DNA of 64,000 nt from Pocillopora damicornis (lineage: Eukaryota). This document shows positions 34,912 through 48,800 of the stretch, one piece after another. Positions within the stretch are counted from its first letter, which is position 1; each line of letters starts with the position of its first letter. Location of the stretch: the NCBI RefSeq assembly GCF_003704095.1, contig NW_020845843.1, positions 62,001-126,000 on the forward strand. The letters are read 5' to 3'. The notes beneath the pieces are model-generated. The model was not told the origin of the DNA. It saw only the letters and a list, made by a program, of their open reading frames with translations, and did no database searches. Position numbers and translations under genes: made by a program.

Positions 34912-37839
34912 TGTTGATCACGGAAATATTGAAGTGCAAGGCTTTCGTTAACAATTTCGCAGCTTCTAAATTCAAGTGCCATATTTCGGTGGCAAATAAG
35001 AATCCACTCAAAATTTTCGACTATCATCCAGGTGATATATCTTCACTGCAGTGCATTTAATCTGTGAAACATATTTTCACGGGCCACTTGATCATTGGTA
35101 TCAAGATAAATTCTAATAAATTCGATAAATATCAGCAGACTGAAAATAGTAGTCGTTCGTATAACATTCATCACTCGCTGTAACTTCTCTGGTGACTTTA
35201 TATTGAGACAAAACTTATAGTTATGCATTGTCGACCTATGTCGGAGAAATGGATAGACTTTAAGAGCTTTTAGAGTACGAGGAGGTTATTTGGCCCGACG
35301 AATGAAAATAATTGTTTAAAAGAATCTGTTTCTAGGTTTAGGTAAAGAACGCTAGGAGACGTTTTTCAACTATACGCTTTTTGCACAGAAATACAATTTA
35401 ACCGATTAAATTACAATAGCTCAGTCTTTCCCTGTTGTGCAGATGCATAGCTCGGTATGCACGAGGATGTACGATTCCTTTATTTCATCAACTTCTGAAT
35501 TTCTTGTATACTTGCATTAAGAATAAAACGTTTCTAAACAGCACAGGAGATTCAGGTGTAGGTGGACTAAATATCCTCATCATCAAGTTTCAAGTCGTGG
35601 TTCCATGATTACAGTTTATTCATCTGCCAAACACTCCTTAGAAATGAAATGAAACGTCACTCATAATATAAGCCCACTCGCCATCTTAAATTCGCAACCG
35701 GGAGTTTCCTCCAGGAATTCACAGTTTTATACATTTGAAGTTTTTTTTTTTTTATCTTTTTTTTGTCCTTATCCGGAAACTTTGGAGCTCAAAAAGGGAA
35801 ATTTAGGCTTGACGTCTAATGATCCCTCCCGGTGTGAGAAGCTTAGGGTGTACTTCTTACAACTACCTGTTTGACATGATAAACATACGTAAACCGACAA
35901 ACTTAAACTAACACTTTCACAGAGATGAAAATTATTGTCCCGTACATATCTTACTCAAGCCCAAAATCTTCACTTCTTTTAGCTACATCGCTAAAGGTAA
36001 TTTTCGGAACATAAGGCATATGCGCAGATAGAAAATCATTTTTCAAGAGCTTTTGTTATTACATGACATTACATAATGTTGAATGATAGCTACTGGCACT
36101 TTTATGGTATGAAACATTCAAACTTAAATTTATACTTTCACAAAATTTCAGTCCAAATCCACTGGGTGTCAGCAGAAAAAGTTAAAGGAGATATAGGTGT
36201 AGTGATTACAAAAAGGTACCATACTCACAGTAAATAATGGACTCCCACGGAAAAATCAGTCGCCCAATGATTTCTCAGGCGTTAAAATTTGCAACCAAGT
36301 TACAGCCAGGTTCTTTAGACTTTGCACTAGATGTTAACTATTTTTCTTTTTGATTAAGAAAACCATTTTTTGTCAGCTCACATGAAATTTTTGCGATGGA
36401 TCCTACATATGACTAAACGAAGAAATCGGAGTGCCTCCCGAACAGTTCCGTAGACAAATAAAAGATTTAATATGTGAAAGCACAAGAGAAGCAATTGACT
36501 GCCGAATTATGCGGCGTCGCTTATCATTTCGTTCACGTGTTGCAGAGTGTTTTTCTATCTTGCATAAATAAAAGAGCGCGTGGACCCCAGACTTTGACCC
36601 TTAATGATACTGACTTCTAAGCTGTATATTTTGTCAAATGTTTCACTTGTTTTTGAGTCAAATCGTGAGAACAGCCAAGTGAAACGACTATAGAAATACA
36701 GCCCTTGAACACATCTAGCAGGGGCTGCGAGACATGAAAGATCTCCAGAAGATGGGAAGATGGTTACGCAGGGACTATCATATATTGCGGAACATGAACT
36801 ATTCTTTAATTTTGGCCAAGAGAACGTTACGACTGATGTGACGAGGTAGGTGGTGTAGTGGGCTCCGTGGACATATAATTATTAAATCCGGTTTGACCGG
36901 TTTTCGACAAAAGTGATTTCTCAAAACAACACGACAGTGATATGCTGATTTCTTTGTCTCAAGTGGATCACGGGTTTCAAGAGGGTTACAAATATCGAAC
37001 ACCGGCTATATTGGCTCTTATTAAGCAATCTAGCTATTTTAACGCATTTGTGTACTACGTGAAATAGGTCTTGCTTGTATCGATCGTTGGCGAGTGGCAC
37101 AAAACAGGACACTTTATATGTATTTCCCTTTTGATTTAAGTTTAGAATGCAAGTTATTTTGACAATCTCTCCATAAAAACACGGAAGTTGACATTTAGGC
37201 TCTTGAGCGTGTAACGATAAAGATACATCCGATAGCTTGGAATCCCAAAATAAAGTACAAAAATGCAAAGCAATTCCACCCTCTATAAAACTGCTTCGTT
37301 TTTTCTGAGAAGGTTCAGTGATAGATTTGTCGAAAAGAAACGTTTGTAAACTCACATGTTCCATACAATTTACGTGTAGTATTGCATAGTGAGTCGTCGT
37401 ACACAATGCTGCGAATCTAACCTAGCCGCCTGGCCACTGCAATTCGATTAGATACATATTTATTCTCTATTAGCCTTTTCAGCGTCTCAATGCGTCTAAT
37501 TTGGTCCCTGTTGGTGATCAAGGGCAGATAATGAAAAACCTTACTCAATTTTCCGACAAAACAACCGAAACATTGATAAATAGAAATAAAGGAATACAAA
37601 CAACAACTGATAAGTGGAAAATCATTCGAGAAAAAGATACGAAACAGACGACTCTGTAGGACGCATCGTTTACATAATAATGGTATTTCAAGCAAAAGAT
37701 AAGATCTTTTCGATAGGAGGCTCAAACCAAACGCCAGAAACAGAATCTAGAAAGGAACGGAAGCAGACATTTTGGCTCACCAACTTCTGCAAAACAACAA
37801 TTCATCAATATTTGAAAGTGATGTTATAAATTCGAAAAC

Positions 37840-39458
37840 GATGAAAAATGCCTGTTACATTCCATGAGGTTTTACGTGAGCTGAAGCTCTTACGATCTGA
37901 CGCATCACCTGGCCCTGACCTAATTCTAGCAAATTTTTTAAAACCTATTGCTGAATATATTGCGAGCCCTCTAACAGACATAATAAATTAATTGATAGAA
38001 TTATGCGACTTTCCAGATAAATGGAAGCAAGCTTGTATAGCTCCAATCCAAAGTTGGATAGTCCTCAAGATAACAATGATTTTCGACCAATCTCTGTATT
38101 GCCTGTTTTGTCTAAAATCTACGAGAGGCTTATTCACAACCAAGTTGATGAGTTTTTGGAAAATCACCATCTCCTTGAAGATAACATTTCTGAATTTAGG
38201 AAAAGCCACTCTACAACATCTGTTCTATTAAGTATACAAGATGACATATTGAAAGCGATGAACCGGAGCGAATGCACTTTGCTCGTCTTAGCTGACTTCT
38301 CGAAGGGTTTTGACACTGTAAAGTAAAGGTCTGTCCTTGAGAAAATGAATGCTCTTGGATTCTCAAGGTCATACCTTAAATGCACTGTCAAATACTTTTG
38401 TGAATGACAGCAGTTTGTTCAAATCGACGACCGTATTTCAAAATCTGTTAGCATTAGCTTAGTCCCACAAGGCTCAATCATGGGTCCTCTCATTTTTAAC
38501 ATATATATTGCTGATCTGCAAGGGAAACTTGATTGTGCCTGCCATCAAAATGCTGATGCATTTATCAAGCATCGAAGCCTGGTGAATTTACATCTTGCAT
38601 TACCTTAGTGTAACGTAATGTGGATAAAATGCAATGCTAGGCGAACGAAGCGAAAGCTAGCAAAGCGAAGTACTAGTTATTATCTTCCAGTAAACTTTCT
38701 TCTGATCACGAACTTAACAACACTGACATTGACCTAAGAGTTGGAACAACATCTTCAGAGCGTGTATCTTCGGCAAAACTTTTAGGTACCTACATTGACC
38801 ACCACCTTAAATGGGAAGAAAATGTTAAGCAAGTCTCAACCTCTTGCTATTGCACTCTTGGAATCTTAAAGAAATTTTCTTTCATTTAATGATCATAAGC
38901 AGTTAGTTCAGGCCTTAGTACTTTCCAAGTTGTATTATAATTGTGTTTTTTATCATTACATACCACATTACTTTATTAAACGCCTACAAAGAATTCAAAC
39001 AGCATGTGCGAGATTTGTTGTAGGTAAATTTGTTGAAAGAGAGGATATCATAAAGCTAAATTGTTACCCGTTAAAGAACATATTGAATGGTAGTTGTTAA
39101 AGTCATTTCATAAGGCGATTGGCGATGAATGAACGGCCAAGTAACTTGCGACTAAAGCAATTTGAGCACAATCGAACTCTGAGGTCCAGTGCAGCTATCA
39201 GTGCAGCTTAAAATCCCACTGGTATCACACATTTATCAAGATCAAGCTGCAGGTATTTTACCTGAATGTTCTCTAAAATTACTTTTCAGCATTTGATGAA
39301 AAAGGTCAAAGATAACCTTTCAGCTCGATGTAGTTTTTACTTTACATTTAGCAGATGAATTTTTAAGCAGATGTATTTTGCAAATGAAGAGCCACCTTGT
39401 AGAAATGTTGAATAAAGCCATTACTATTATTATTATTATTATTGTTATTATCATTATA

Positions 39459-39488
<30 letters not shown>
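37840..39488 (+). mobile_element. Degenerate, 5'-truncated L2/CR1-group LINE (RT domain) with a (TTA)n tail
   Basis: Peptides PGPD, FPDKWKQA, DFRPISVLPVLSKIYER, FRKSHST, ADFSKGFDTV and VPQGSIMGPLIFNIY with stops and frameshifts. The 3' end AATAAAGCCA is followed by a TTA microsatellite at 39421-39488. Confidence 0.85.
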
Positions 39489-39490
<2 letters not shown>

Positions 39491-39749
39491 GCGAGAAGCT
39501 AACACACTTCACATGAAAAAAACGCCGAATAAGGAGCATTGACACCATTCATGTCATTTTGTGCTGTTTCAGGGATAATGACACTACTCAGAGGCTATGT
39601 ATTTGAACAAAAATGTAATTGCCAATTTACAATAGTAAATTACTGTATTATTGCTATGTGGCCATGCAGAATATTGTTATACAATGATATCTATTTTTAT
39701 ATCGCACATTTAAATTTACGGAAATAGTCAAAAGGTCCAAATAGAAGCT

Positions 39750-40012
39750 GATATGTAACGAATTTAAGAAAATTAACGACACTTTTAGAATTCAAAAACA
39801 TGTTTCGACAGTTCTTCTGTCATCTTCAGTTCTGGATGATACAAAGTACAAAGTTGAATTTACAATGTGTAACAAAATGCTGATTGGACAAAACAAACAA
39901 TAATAACAGAACAATGTATGCATTTACAAGGAAAATTGTAAATTAACATGATAAAGTTGATGAAAAAGAGTAGGTTTCTCCCACTGAATGTGAATAGCTT
40001 CTTCGATTTTAA
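39750..40012 (-). mobile_element. Penelope-like element 3' fragment with a hammerhead motif at 39794-39832
   Basis: Colinear with 13820-13980 and 25690-25900. Minus strand reads GAA-CUGAAGA-U-GACAG-AAGAA-CUGUC-GAAAC-AUGUU. Confidence 0.8.
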
Positions 40013-42668
40013 ATAGCCTTATTTTAGGAAAGTGTAGTTTTCGTACGTATGACTACATTGCAATCAAAAGCAGCCATTTTCGTATAATCAGTTGTTTTAG
40101 TATCTCTATTTTACCTTTTGTTTTGTGGAAGTGACAAATGTAGTCTGTTTTTGTTCATAGTAGTTGCACTAAGTTGATCGTAGCAATGATGGCGGTCAAT
40201 GTTACATTTCTTAACTACATACAGCTTACACCTATTTTCATAGTCAGTGTTGCAGGAAGGGCTAGTTTCCTCTCTGGGGACTGTAGCCCACACTGCAGGG
40301 CCTTATCCCTATCTCTATATGAGGCATGAAATGACCTGGAGCATTGCTCAAACACCTGGATGGGATGCTTCTCCATTTTAGGCCTGTCGAGTATTTCGTG
40401 AGGTTTGACTGGAAGTTTGCAGTTACTCATGTAAACTCCCGAGTGTAAAGAAGTGGTGTATCTTACTCAGGAACACCTTGTCTCCGGCGTCGCCTGGCAA
40501 ACGGGGAATCAAGTGAATAAAGAGCCTTCGAGGGCATTATAATCCAATGTTAACAAGCACAAACTTGTAGCTTTAAAGGATGGGTAACAATCGAAAGAGT
40601 TAGGTTCTTAGATGGAATCCACATCAGCTGTTTACAGCTGTTTACATCTGCTATGTAGAGAAACTCAGCTGGAAATTTTGTTCATTAAATATTATTATTC
40701 GGCTGCCTTTGAGAAAAATCTAGCCTTGAGGAGTCATGCAGTGATCCAACCTTTGATAAAAGAAAGAATGCTTAAGAAGACCCGAAGACACAAGGCTTGC
40801 TATTAGTAATGCATTGTATGTTTCCTTAAAGTTCAGCGAACCTTTACGATGTAAACCATGCAACAAAAACTGACTTTAATAACGCTCCATTGAGCACAAA
40901 CTCTGTATCATTATTCCCTCCAGGTGGCAAGTGTGTCCAAACTTGCATTACCCTGCAAGATCTTGGGAATACTTCTCAATATTAGTAAATGCAATTTACA
41001 TTTGAGTTTCCTATCTTCTATTATATCATAACCAAAACATTTATTATGCCAAGTTTTCAAAGGTGCGATTTAAAATTCGCTTTCAAAATTATGTGAGTAC
41101 ATCAGGATCATGGTCGTTCTTAATTTTCATCAAACACAGTCGCTGGTCGCTAGTTACCAGAGATGATATTTTCGATTCCTCTGTTTCGTAACTTTGGAAG
41201 CAGTGACCAAAAAACCTCAAACGCGAGCCACAACACTTAGAGTGTATGAAGCTCATAGTTACTTTTGGGAACAATAAAATCTTGAAGTAGGCAAATACAG
41301 TCTTAAAATCTATTGTCAGTCCATCTTATTCTACAAAGTTCTTATTTTTTTCTTCATAGTTTGAATACTAGTGATTTTATGCCTAAATTTGCATCTAAAT
41401 GCAAGTGGAAAAACATTTTTCCTTTCATATCGACAGGGAATCTAATGCACCTAAAATGTAATCAGGGAGCGACTTGTATGAAATGTTTCGGGGAGTAATT
41501 TCACAAAACAGGAATAAATTTAAAGCTAATAGAGATTGTCAATAGCAACGAGGAAAGACGTCATTTCTTCCTTCAAATAGGATACCTGAAAGCACTGATC
41601 AATCTAAAAGATATGTACGTGTTTGAATATTTCTTTACGTCAGCTTTTGAAGACCTGCAAACGTGTCTCGTGGGCAAATGAGAGGCGCTTAGGGTTGTGC
41701 TGCTAATCAGCGGACAAGTATAAACAAAAGATGCTACGCCATCGAGCGGATACCACCAGATTTTTAAGATAATAAAGTTAGCCACCTTTCGAACAAGAAA
41801 ATGAATCTTTTAACTGGAGATCTGTTATATTAGCTTCGACCAGCAACAGATTGTAAAACGGAGACAATTACGACAAATTCTGTTGACGTAACGTGAAACT
41901 TGAGAGATGCCAATATTACGCGCTATTCCATCAAGTACAAATTTACATACGAAAAAGAGCTACGTAACAGGCTATCGTACAACAAAGGTGATGAACGACT
42001 CAGTCGTTAGCTACTTGTAAACTATTCTGATGTCTGACAGTTCTTAACAGTCAACACAACAGCTGCTCCCCCACCAAAATCTAAAGTTGTGCTGAATAAC
42101 AACTTTGTGATAAGATCACGTTTTCCGTTTCGTGTCAAGAGATTGAGTCCAATACAATGCCTCCCTTTTTTTTTCAATTTGAAACACTGTGATTGGTTCA
42201 GATCAAAAATCAAGCGGAAAGGTATTACTGTGTTTACACAATGACGCTTATTTTATGAAACTAAAATAAAATCGTTATACCGTGAAGCCGGTTTCACCGG
42301 TTTACGATATGAACGCTAACCCCACCTAAAACAGTTCCAAATAAGTTTTCTAGGGCAAAAAGAAAAGACTTTATCCTAGATCCTCTGTCTCATTGGCTGT
42401 CTATTTTTGCGAATAGGATTTTCCTGACTCCTACACCGTTCGCACTTTGTAGTGGTAAAAATTATTAGACCTTTTTACAGACTATAATATAGTTTTTTGC
42501 GTGTTTATCAAAAGGAAGGATGACCTTAAATTCGAAAGGAAATAAATGTGACGGCGTAGAGTAGAATTGACCAACTGTTTCTATTTTCTAAGTAGTGTGT
42601 GGGAACTTTGCATTCTTGAGGTTCAAAGTCTGTATTCTGTTTTGCTCGTGCATGCCGGAGAACAAATA

Positions 42669-42760
42669 AATCACGTGGCCAAGCTTAGCGACAAAACACC
42701 GACAGTTACATAATTTAATACGTTTTGTTACCCCAGTCATTGCACGGCTATCAATATAGA
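42669..42760 (+). promoter_or_regulatory. Amt-C promoter: E-box and TATA-like box
   Basis: AATCACGTGG at 42669-42678 and TATAGA at 42755-42760; ATG at 42840. Confidence 0.6.
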
Positions 42761-42839
42761 CACGCAAGTTCTGACAAAGCTCTCCATATTTTCGTGTGTT
42801 CTATCAACTCAAATTACTTCAGCAGAAGCAGAGGTCAAA

Positions 42840-45800
42840 ATGGCGAAGACGCCAATAGAGATTTTGCAAGGCAACCTTGACCAATTTTTTTTGATCATCA
42901 TGGGCTGCCTTATTTTTTGTGAGTATGATTTTCTTCCTTTTTATTCAACATTATTCCTTCAGCCACTTTCTTAGTGCGTTCGTCATTTTTATCATCGAAA
43001 TGAAAAACTCTACGAAGACTTACTAAAGTAGAATTTACGTCTGTATTCTACTGGGCCTGTTAAGTAACGTCTACATAATTGAATACATCAGAGCAGAGCA
43101 CAAATATTGGATATATGAACGCCTTCAGCGACAAATTCCAGTGTCGAATATGAAGCGCACTTACGTTTTCTTGTCATAATTGTTAGAATAGATTTACCAG
43201 AACTTGCTCACATATCAACAACACGCCTCTATATTTGGCACACCGGTGGAACTTGGACCACTGAAACATGCGATGCGGAACGAGATTCGAAAAATCTCGC
43301 CGAAGAACTTCAATGACCTTGGCTTGAGTTTATACAAATAAGAGAAAAATATCCAAGTGAACTTGACGTAACCTGTCGTCGATATGAAACTGAGTCAAAA
43401 CTATCAAAGAGAAATTTGAAAGAGTTTATAACCAATTGCAACTTAAATTCAGTGGACATTGTCTACAAAGTAAGAAACTTGCCGGCATTTTCAGGAAAAC
43501 AGAAAAAAAACTTGTCCTAAGCTTTAAATAAGTGATAAACGCTCAAACCTTGTCTGAAGTTATGTCCAAAAATTTGAAAGTGCAGCTAGTAAACCTGCAG
43601 GTCTAGCGTTACCACAACAAATCCGAGAGAAGCTTGTCAATGAATACATCAAATTAAATCACAAGTCAGTATCTCTTAGCTTCTTTTACATGCTTTTAAA
43701 CCGCTATGATCTGTTCAGTTGGGCGTGAATAACATTTCGCTTAGATCATTTTCAGCACAGATTGGTTTCAATAGGTCTGGTTACTATGAGTTTCTCTCTT
43801 TCTCTGTTCCTTTCACTGTAATCAACCAGCTCAAAGATTCTCTAGGACTGATAAACACAAAAGCGACTCATATCTCAGTTTTGCCGCAGTCGGCGAACCA
43901 ACAAAAGAATGTCACTGCTAATTTTGTTCTCGTCTTTTTTTCGAAAGGGTGTTGTAGCTCATACGATTTCGTGACATAAGTAATATTTGAAAAAAATTGA
44001 ATATGAGAGTGGTAGTACGGCAGACAAGGAGAAACCTTCTCATGGTATATATGGGTTCTTCCAACTTCTTTCACCAAAAAAAGATGAATGCGAAGGAAGC
44101 TGAAGTGTCTCTTTGGAGTTGACCTTTTGCATCACCACAACGGTGATTAAGAGGGTGCTGAGAATCTTGGTTGCAAAACTCCTTCTAGCACTATAAAATT
44201 GACATGTTCATGAAATTAAAAAAGCGGAAATGACATTGGATATTTTCTCCTTAACTCCTGCAAGTATATTACGCGTCTGACGACTGAATAACTAAAATAG
44301 GAACGCTTTTAGAACACGATGACGGTGCCAAAATGAAACAGTTTTGGAAAAATTCTTTGATGCTCTAGGCAATACTCAGGCTTTTAATGCAAGACAACTC
44401 GGCAACATCACATTTATCTAAGAAAAATTTTGTGAACTAAACAAAGTTTACGACGAAATAAAATCAGGCCAATATTTAGATTTAAGAGTGAGAAAGAGAG
44501 GTTTTATGTCATGTTGGCTGCCATCATGATGCTCTCACATACGTTCTCGCTCTTAAAAAGGTGGAATGGAGCAAGCTCTAAGTTCTTCATTTTTTGGTTT
44601 TTTTGGGGGGGAGGGAGAATGTAAAACAAAAACGCAGAACATAAATCCAGGGAAGATCTGTTTTCATCAAAACGATATTAAAGAAATGTGAAGATGATCA
44701 AATCAGGGGTTTATGAAGGCTATTTTTCACTCTCTTATACGATGTCAAGAATTCATCGATACTTAACACCACCCAGTATCAGCATAAGCGACTAACATTT
44801 TCAACGAAAACTCACAAATTGAGAACAGGAGACAAATAACATGATCGTAAAGAACTCGGCTTATAATTGACAAGACAAGCGCTGCAAAATTTAGGCAGCA
44901 TAGGAGGCTAGAACACACAGGTTTTGTGAACAACGTCAGTCTCTTATTTTGTTTATCGATGCAACTCTTTGATGATGCTTCTCCGCTTAAGGTCGTTCGA
45001 AACTCAAGAGAAACTTACGCATGAAAGGATAGCATTCTCCTCTCCTAAGTTGTTCTTAGTCACCTTGGCAACGTCAAAACACAAATAAATCTAGAGCCTT
45101 CCTTATATCTGCGCCGGAAGCTGATCATAAGCTTGATAAACAATGGATATTTCAAGATATTTTTATCCGTATTAAGCATTGCCATAATGGCTTATTGCGA
45201 AGCCGACTATTATTTTGCTTATTAAAGTAAGGTGGAATTTCTGCCCCCCAAGTGTAACCATTCCGCCTACTCTAANNNNNNNNNNNNNNNNNNNNNNNNN
45301 NNNNNNNNNNNNNNNNNNNNNNNNNNNNNNNNNNNNNNNNNNNNNNNNNNNNNNNNNNNNNNNNNNNNNNNNNNNTCTTACCCAATCAGTGGTTGGTGGC
45401 TGATGGCTGATCTGTCTTTTTGCAGTTATGCAAACAGGATTTGCTTTTCTTGAAGCTGGCTCAGTAAGGTCGAAGAACACAACAAACATTCTGATCAAGA
45501 ATTTCCTGGACGTGTGTAAGTATTTATTAAAGAGAGTAAACATTTACAGGAAAACTAACAGCTTCAAAATTTCAAACACATTGGCATTGCTCCTTTACAA
45601 ATGCGATTTGATGCAAAATTCATCCAAGTCAGTTCTTCAATTAGATCAAAAATTGATGGTCATGATGTAACTGATTTATATCTATTTTCATCCTAAATAG
45701 TTATCATTTTAGGCTGTTATGTACAGCTGTCTTTGAGCTAGAGTTTTAATAGTCCCAATAAATTTCTGAGTGTGGCAATTCCGTGTGTAAACTATGTGTC

Positions 45801-48800
45801 GCGTTTTACTTTTTACAGTTATTGGTGCAGTGGCCTATTGGCTGTTTGGGTACGCATTTGCGTTTGGAGTAGAAAGCAATGGCTTCATTGGACACAAGTT
45901 TTTTGCACTAGCCGATTTACCAGCTGACAAATACTCTCATTGGTTTTTCCATTTTGTTTTCGCTGCCACGGCAGCAACAATTGTCAGTGGTGCCATGGCA
46001 GAGAGGACAGAGTTCAAGGCTTACCTGTTATACTCTGTGTTTCTCACTGGTAAGTTCCAAATCCTATTCCTTATTTTTGTCGGGTGGTACCAAGGTCTCC
46101 AGTTTTCTACAAGCCATTGATATATTTATTGTTCTCCCTCAGGCTTTGTGTACCCAATTGTCACTCACTGGGCTTGGGATGAAAATGGTTGGCTGTACAA
46201 GGGTGTGGAGTACACTAAGGACAACGTAACCATGACTGTAGCATACCAGGTGAGATTCAAATAACAGCCATCTTGATATGTCACTAAAAAGAATCTTTCC
46301 CAGGTATACTTGTACCTACCAATCAAGATAAATCAAGATCCTTAACTTCAGCTTTTTTTTGTTGTTGAATAAATCAAGGATTTTGCTGGCAGTGGGGTCG
46401 TTCATGTTCTTGGTGGTACTGTTGCCTTAGTCGGAGCAGCCATTGTTGGACCAAGGCTCGGACGATTTGTGAATGGTGTCCCTGTGCTGCTTGCAGGCCA
46501 TACTGTACCGGTGAGTAAAGAACTTCTTGTGTATGCCATTTCTCGATAGGACTTTGAATTTTCAGACTATTCCATTCATAAAACCGGCCATTTAAAAATT
46601 TCAAACATGACTTTTTTTCTAGAAAGCGGCCCTTGGAGGATTTATCCTTTTTTTCGGCTTCCTGGCTTTCAATGGTGGCTCACAGGCAGCCATTGCTAGT
46701 CCAGGCGATGCAGATGCTGTAGCACTGTCCATTGTCAACACAGTTCTTGGAGGTGAGACACTGGAACTATTTAACTGGAAGCCAATTTTTTTCTGTTTCC
46801 AGTCCTCCTTGACAAAAGAATCTTATGCGGTTCTCTTCTCTCATTTAGGAGCTTCAGGTGCGCTAACTGCCATGATCATCAAACGTCTGGGATTTGCAGA
46901 TAAATACTGGAGTTTGCTTTTCACCATTAATGGTGGACTTACTGGAATGGTATAACACATTAGTTAAATTACGAATATGCATAGGCTCTGAATTTCAAGA
47001 GCACCTTCCACGAGCAGCTTCAAAGAGAGACTGACTTTAATTACCATTACATTCCTTTATCCTTTTAATGTGAAATTGCTATCAAATAAATCATGGAATT
47101 ATTCTCTGCAACTTCAAGCACCAATTCATTATTTTTTGAGCCATAAAGATGTTTAAAAATATGGAATTCAAGCTGGTATTCTTCCCACCAATTTGAGTAG
47201 AAAAGGTTTTTGATCAGTTTTTGAGCTTTTTGTCGGCTGCAATGCATTTGAAATGCCATCTGTTAATTCACCTTCCTTTTAGTCTAAAAGGAGTTGCATT
47301 GTGTTTCAGATCACAAAACAAATGCGTCTGTAGGACAGTACATTCGATGATATTCCAAGATGAAAACAAATAGCAATCGCCTGATTTATTGGAAGTGACC
47401 ACGCTCTTATAGATGGGTGGATCATGCCCATTTTGGCTGGCTTAATGTACTAATTAGATGTTTTAACTTTATCAATTCTATTACAAATGACAACCTTGGC
47501 ATTTGTTTCTTAGGTGGCCTTGTGTGCAGGTTGCAATGCCGTCCATCCTTATGCTGCTTTTATCATTGGCATAATTGCTGGAATGGCCTACGTTGGATGG
47601 AGCACTCTTATGATTCGTTTAAAGATTGATGATCCACTAGATGCTGTGGCTGGTGAGTTGCTCAAGCACTGATCCACCCCATCTACTCATGTTCTGTTTT
47701 CCAGCCAACTTCTTGCGAAAAGTCTTGTTTAGCACCCACCGTTCTCCACGCGGTACTTTTCGATCAATTACATTGGTTTTAGTGCGCTGAATCGCTGACT
47801 CAAAGTGAAAGCAATGTCGGACTACTTTTGAAAAGAAATGAACTTCTCACTGGATAATTTGGTTTTATCGAGCGTTAGCCTTTCGCTCTGACGAAGGGCT
47901 AATGCTCAAAACGTCAGCTTAGAAACTCTTGGTGGTGGCCAATTTACATTATCAACCCAGTTGATAATGACCAAAGTATCTTGTTATACTCATCCACCGA
48001 CGCAACATCACAGTTTCTTTGGAAAGTTACCCCCTTTATTCATAAACTTTTCAGTGGTAACCTTGTTTGATTATTCTTCACAGTTCATCTCGGTGGTGGT
48101 TTCTGGGGCGTGCTGTCTGTTCCCATCTTCAACAAAGACAGTGGAATATTTTACGATGGAAGCGGTCATTCATTCCGTTTGTTTGGCTGGAATCTGCTGG
48201 GAGTGCTTGTCATCATGGCCTGGTCGGCAGCACTGAGTTTAATCTTGTTCGTTGTGTTGCGCGTCACAAAGCAGCTTCGTGTCAGTGCGGAAATCGAGGA
48301 GAAAGGTAATAATATGGACAAGATTCATCAATTCTTTGTCAGTTTCACGCTTACACTGTCTACATGTACGTACATGCTGACACTCCTCAAGGGTGCACCT
48401 CGTCATCGTGAGACTCGGGAACCCTTCTTTTCATTAGTAGGTTTAACTTTTTAATAACTTATTTGACGTGATGTTAGCAAAAGCATCCGTGAAGGTCTGA
48501 CAGACATAGGTAATACCCCTGTTACATCTACGAGGGTGATATACTGTTACCAATAAGTTATGTGTAAGTAGTTATCTAGTTACGCCCAAGTTGATTCGTC
48601 ATCATCTGGTAGTTCATAAAAATTTTGTTATATTCATTTAGAATATTTTTCATTTCCATGAAACCTTGGTTGATGTGTGTGTCTGTTGAGTGTTTTCGGT
48701 ATTAGTGAACTTGTAAAAAAAATTGATAACATCTAATCAAAGCAAATCTCAATTTCGCGGCAAATTATAGTTACCTCAGTGATATTTGTCAAAAGGGCTA

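Noticed and set aside
36799-37829. ORFs of 161 and 102 aa (-) and 71 aa (+) upstream of the LINE
   Set aside because: No recognisable domain or splice structure. Possibly shadows of a decayed transposon; not callable.
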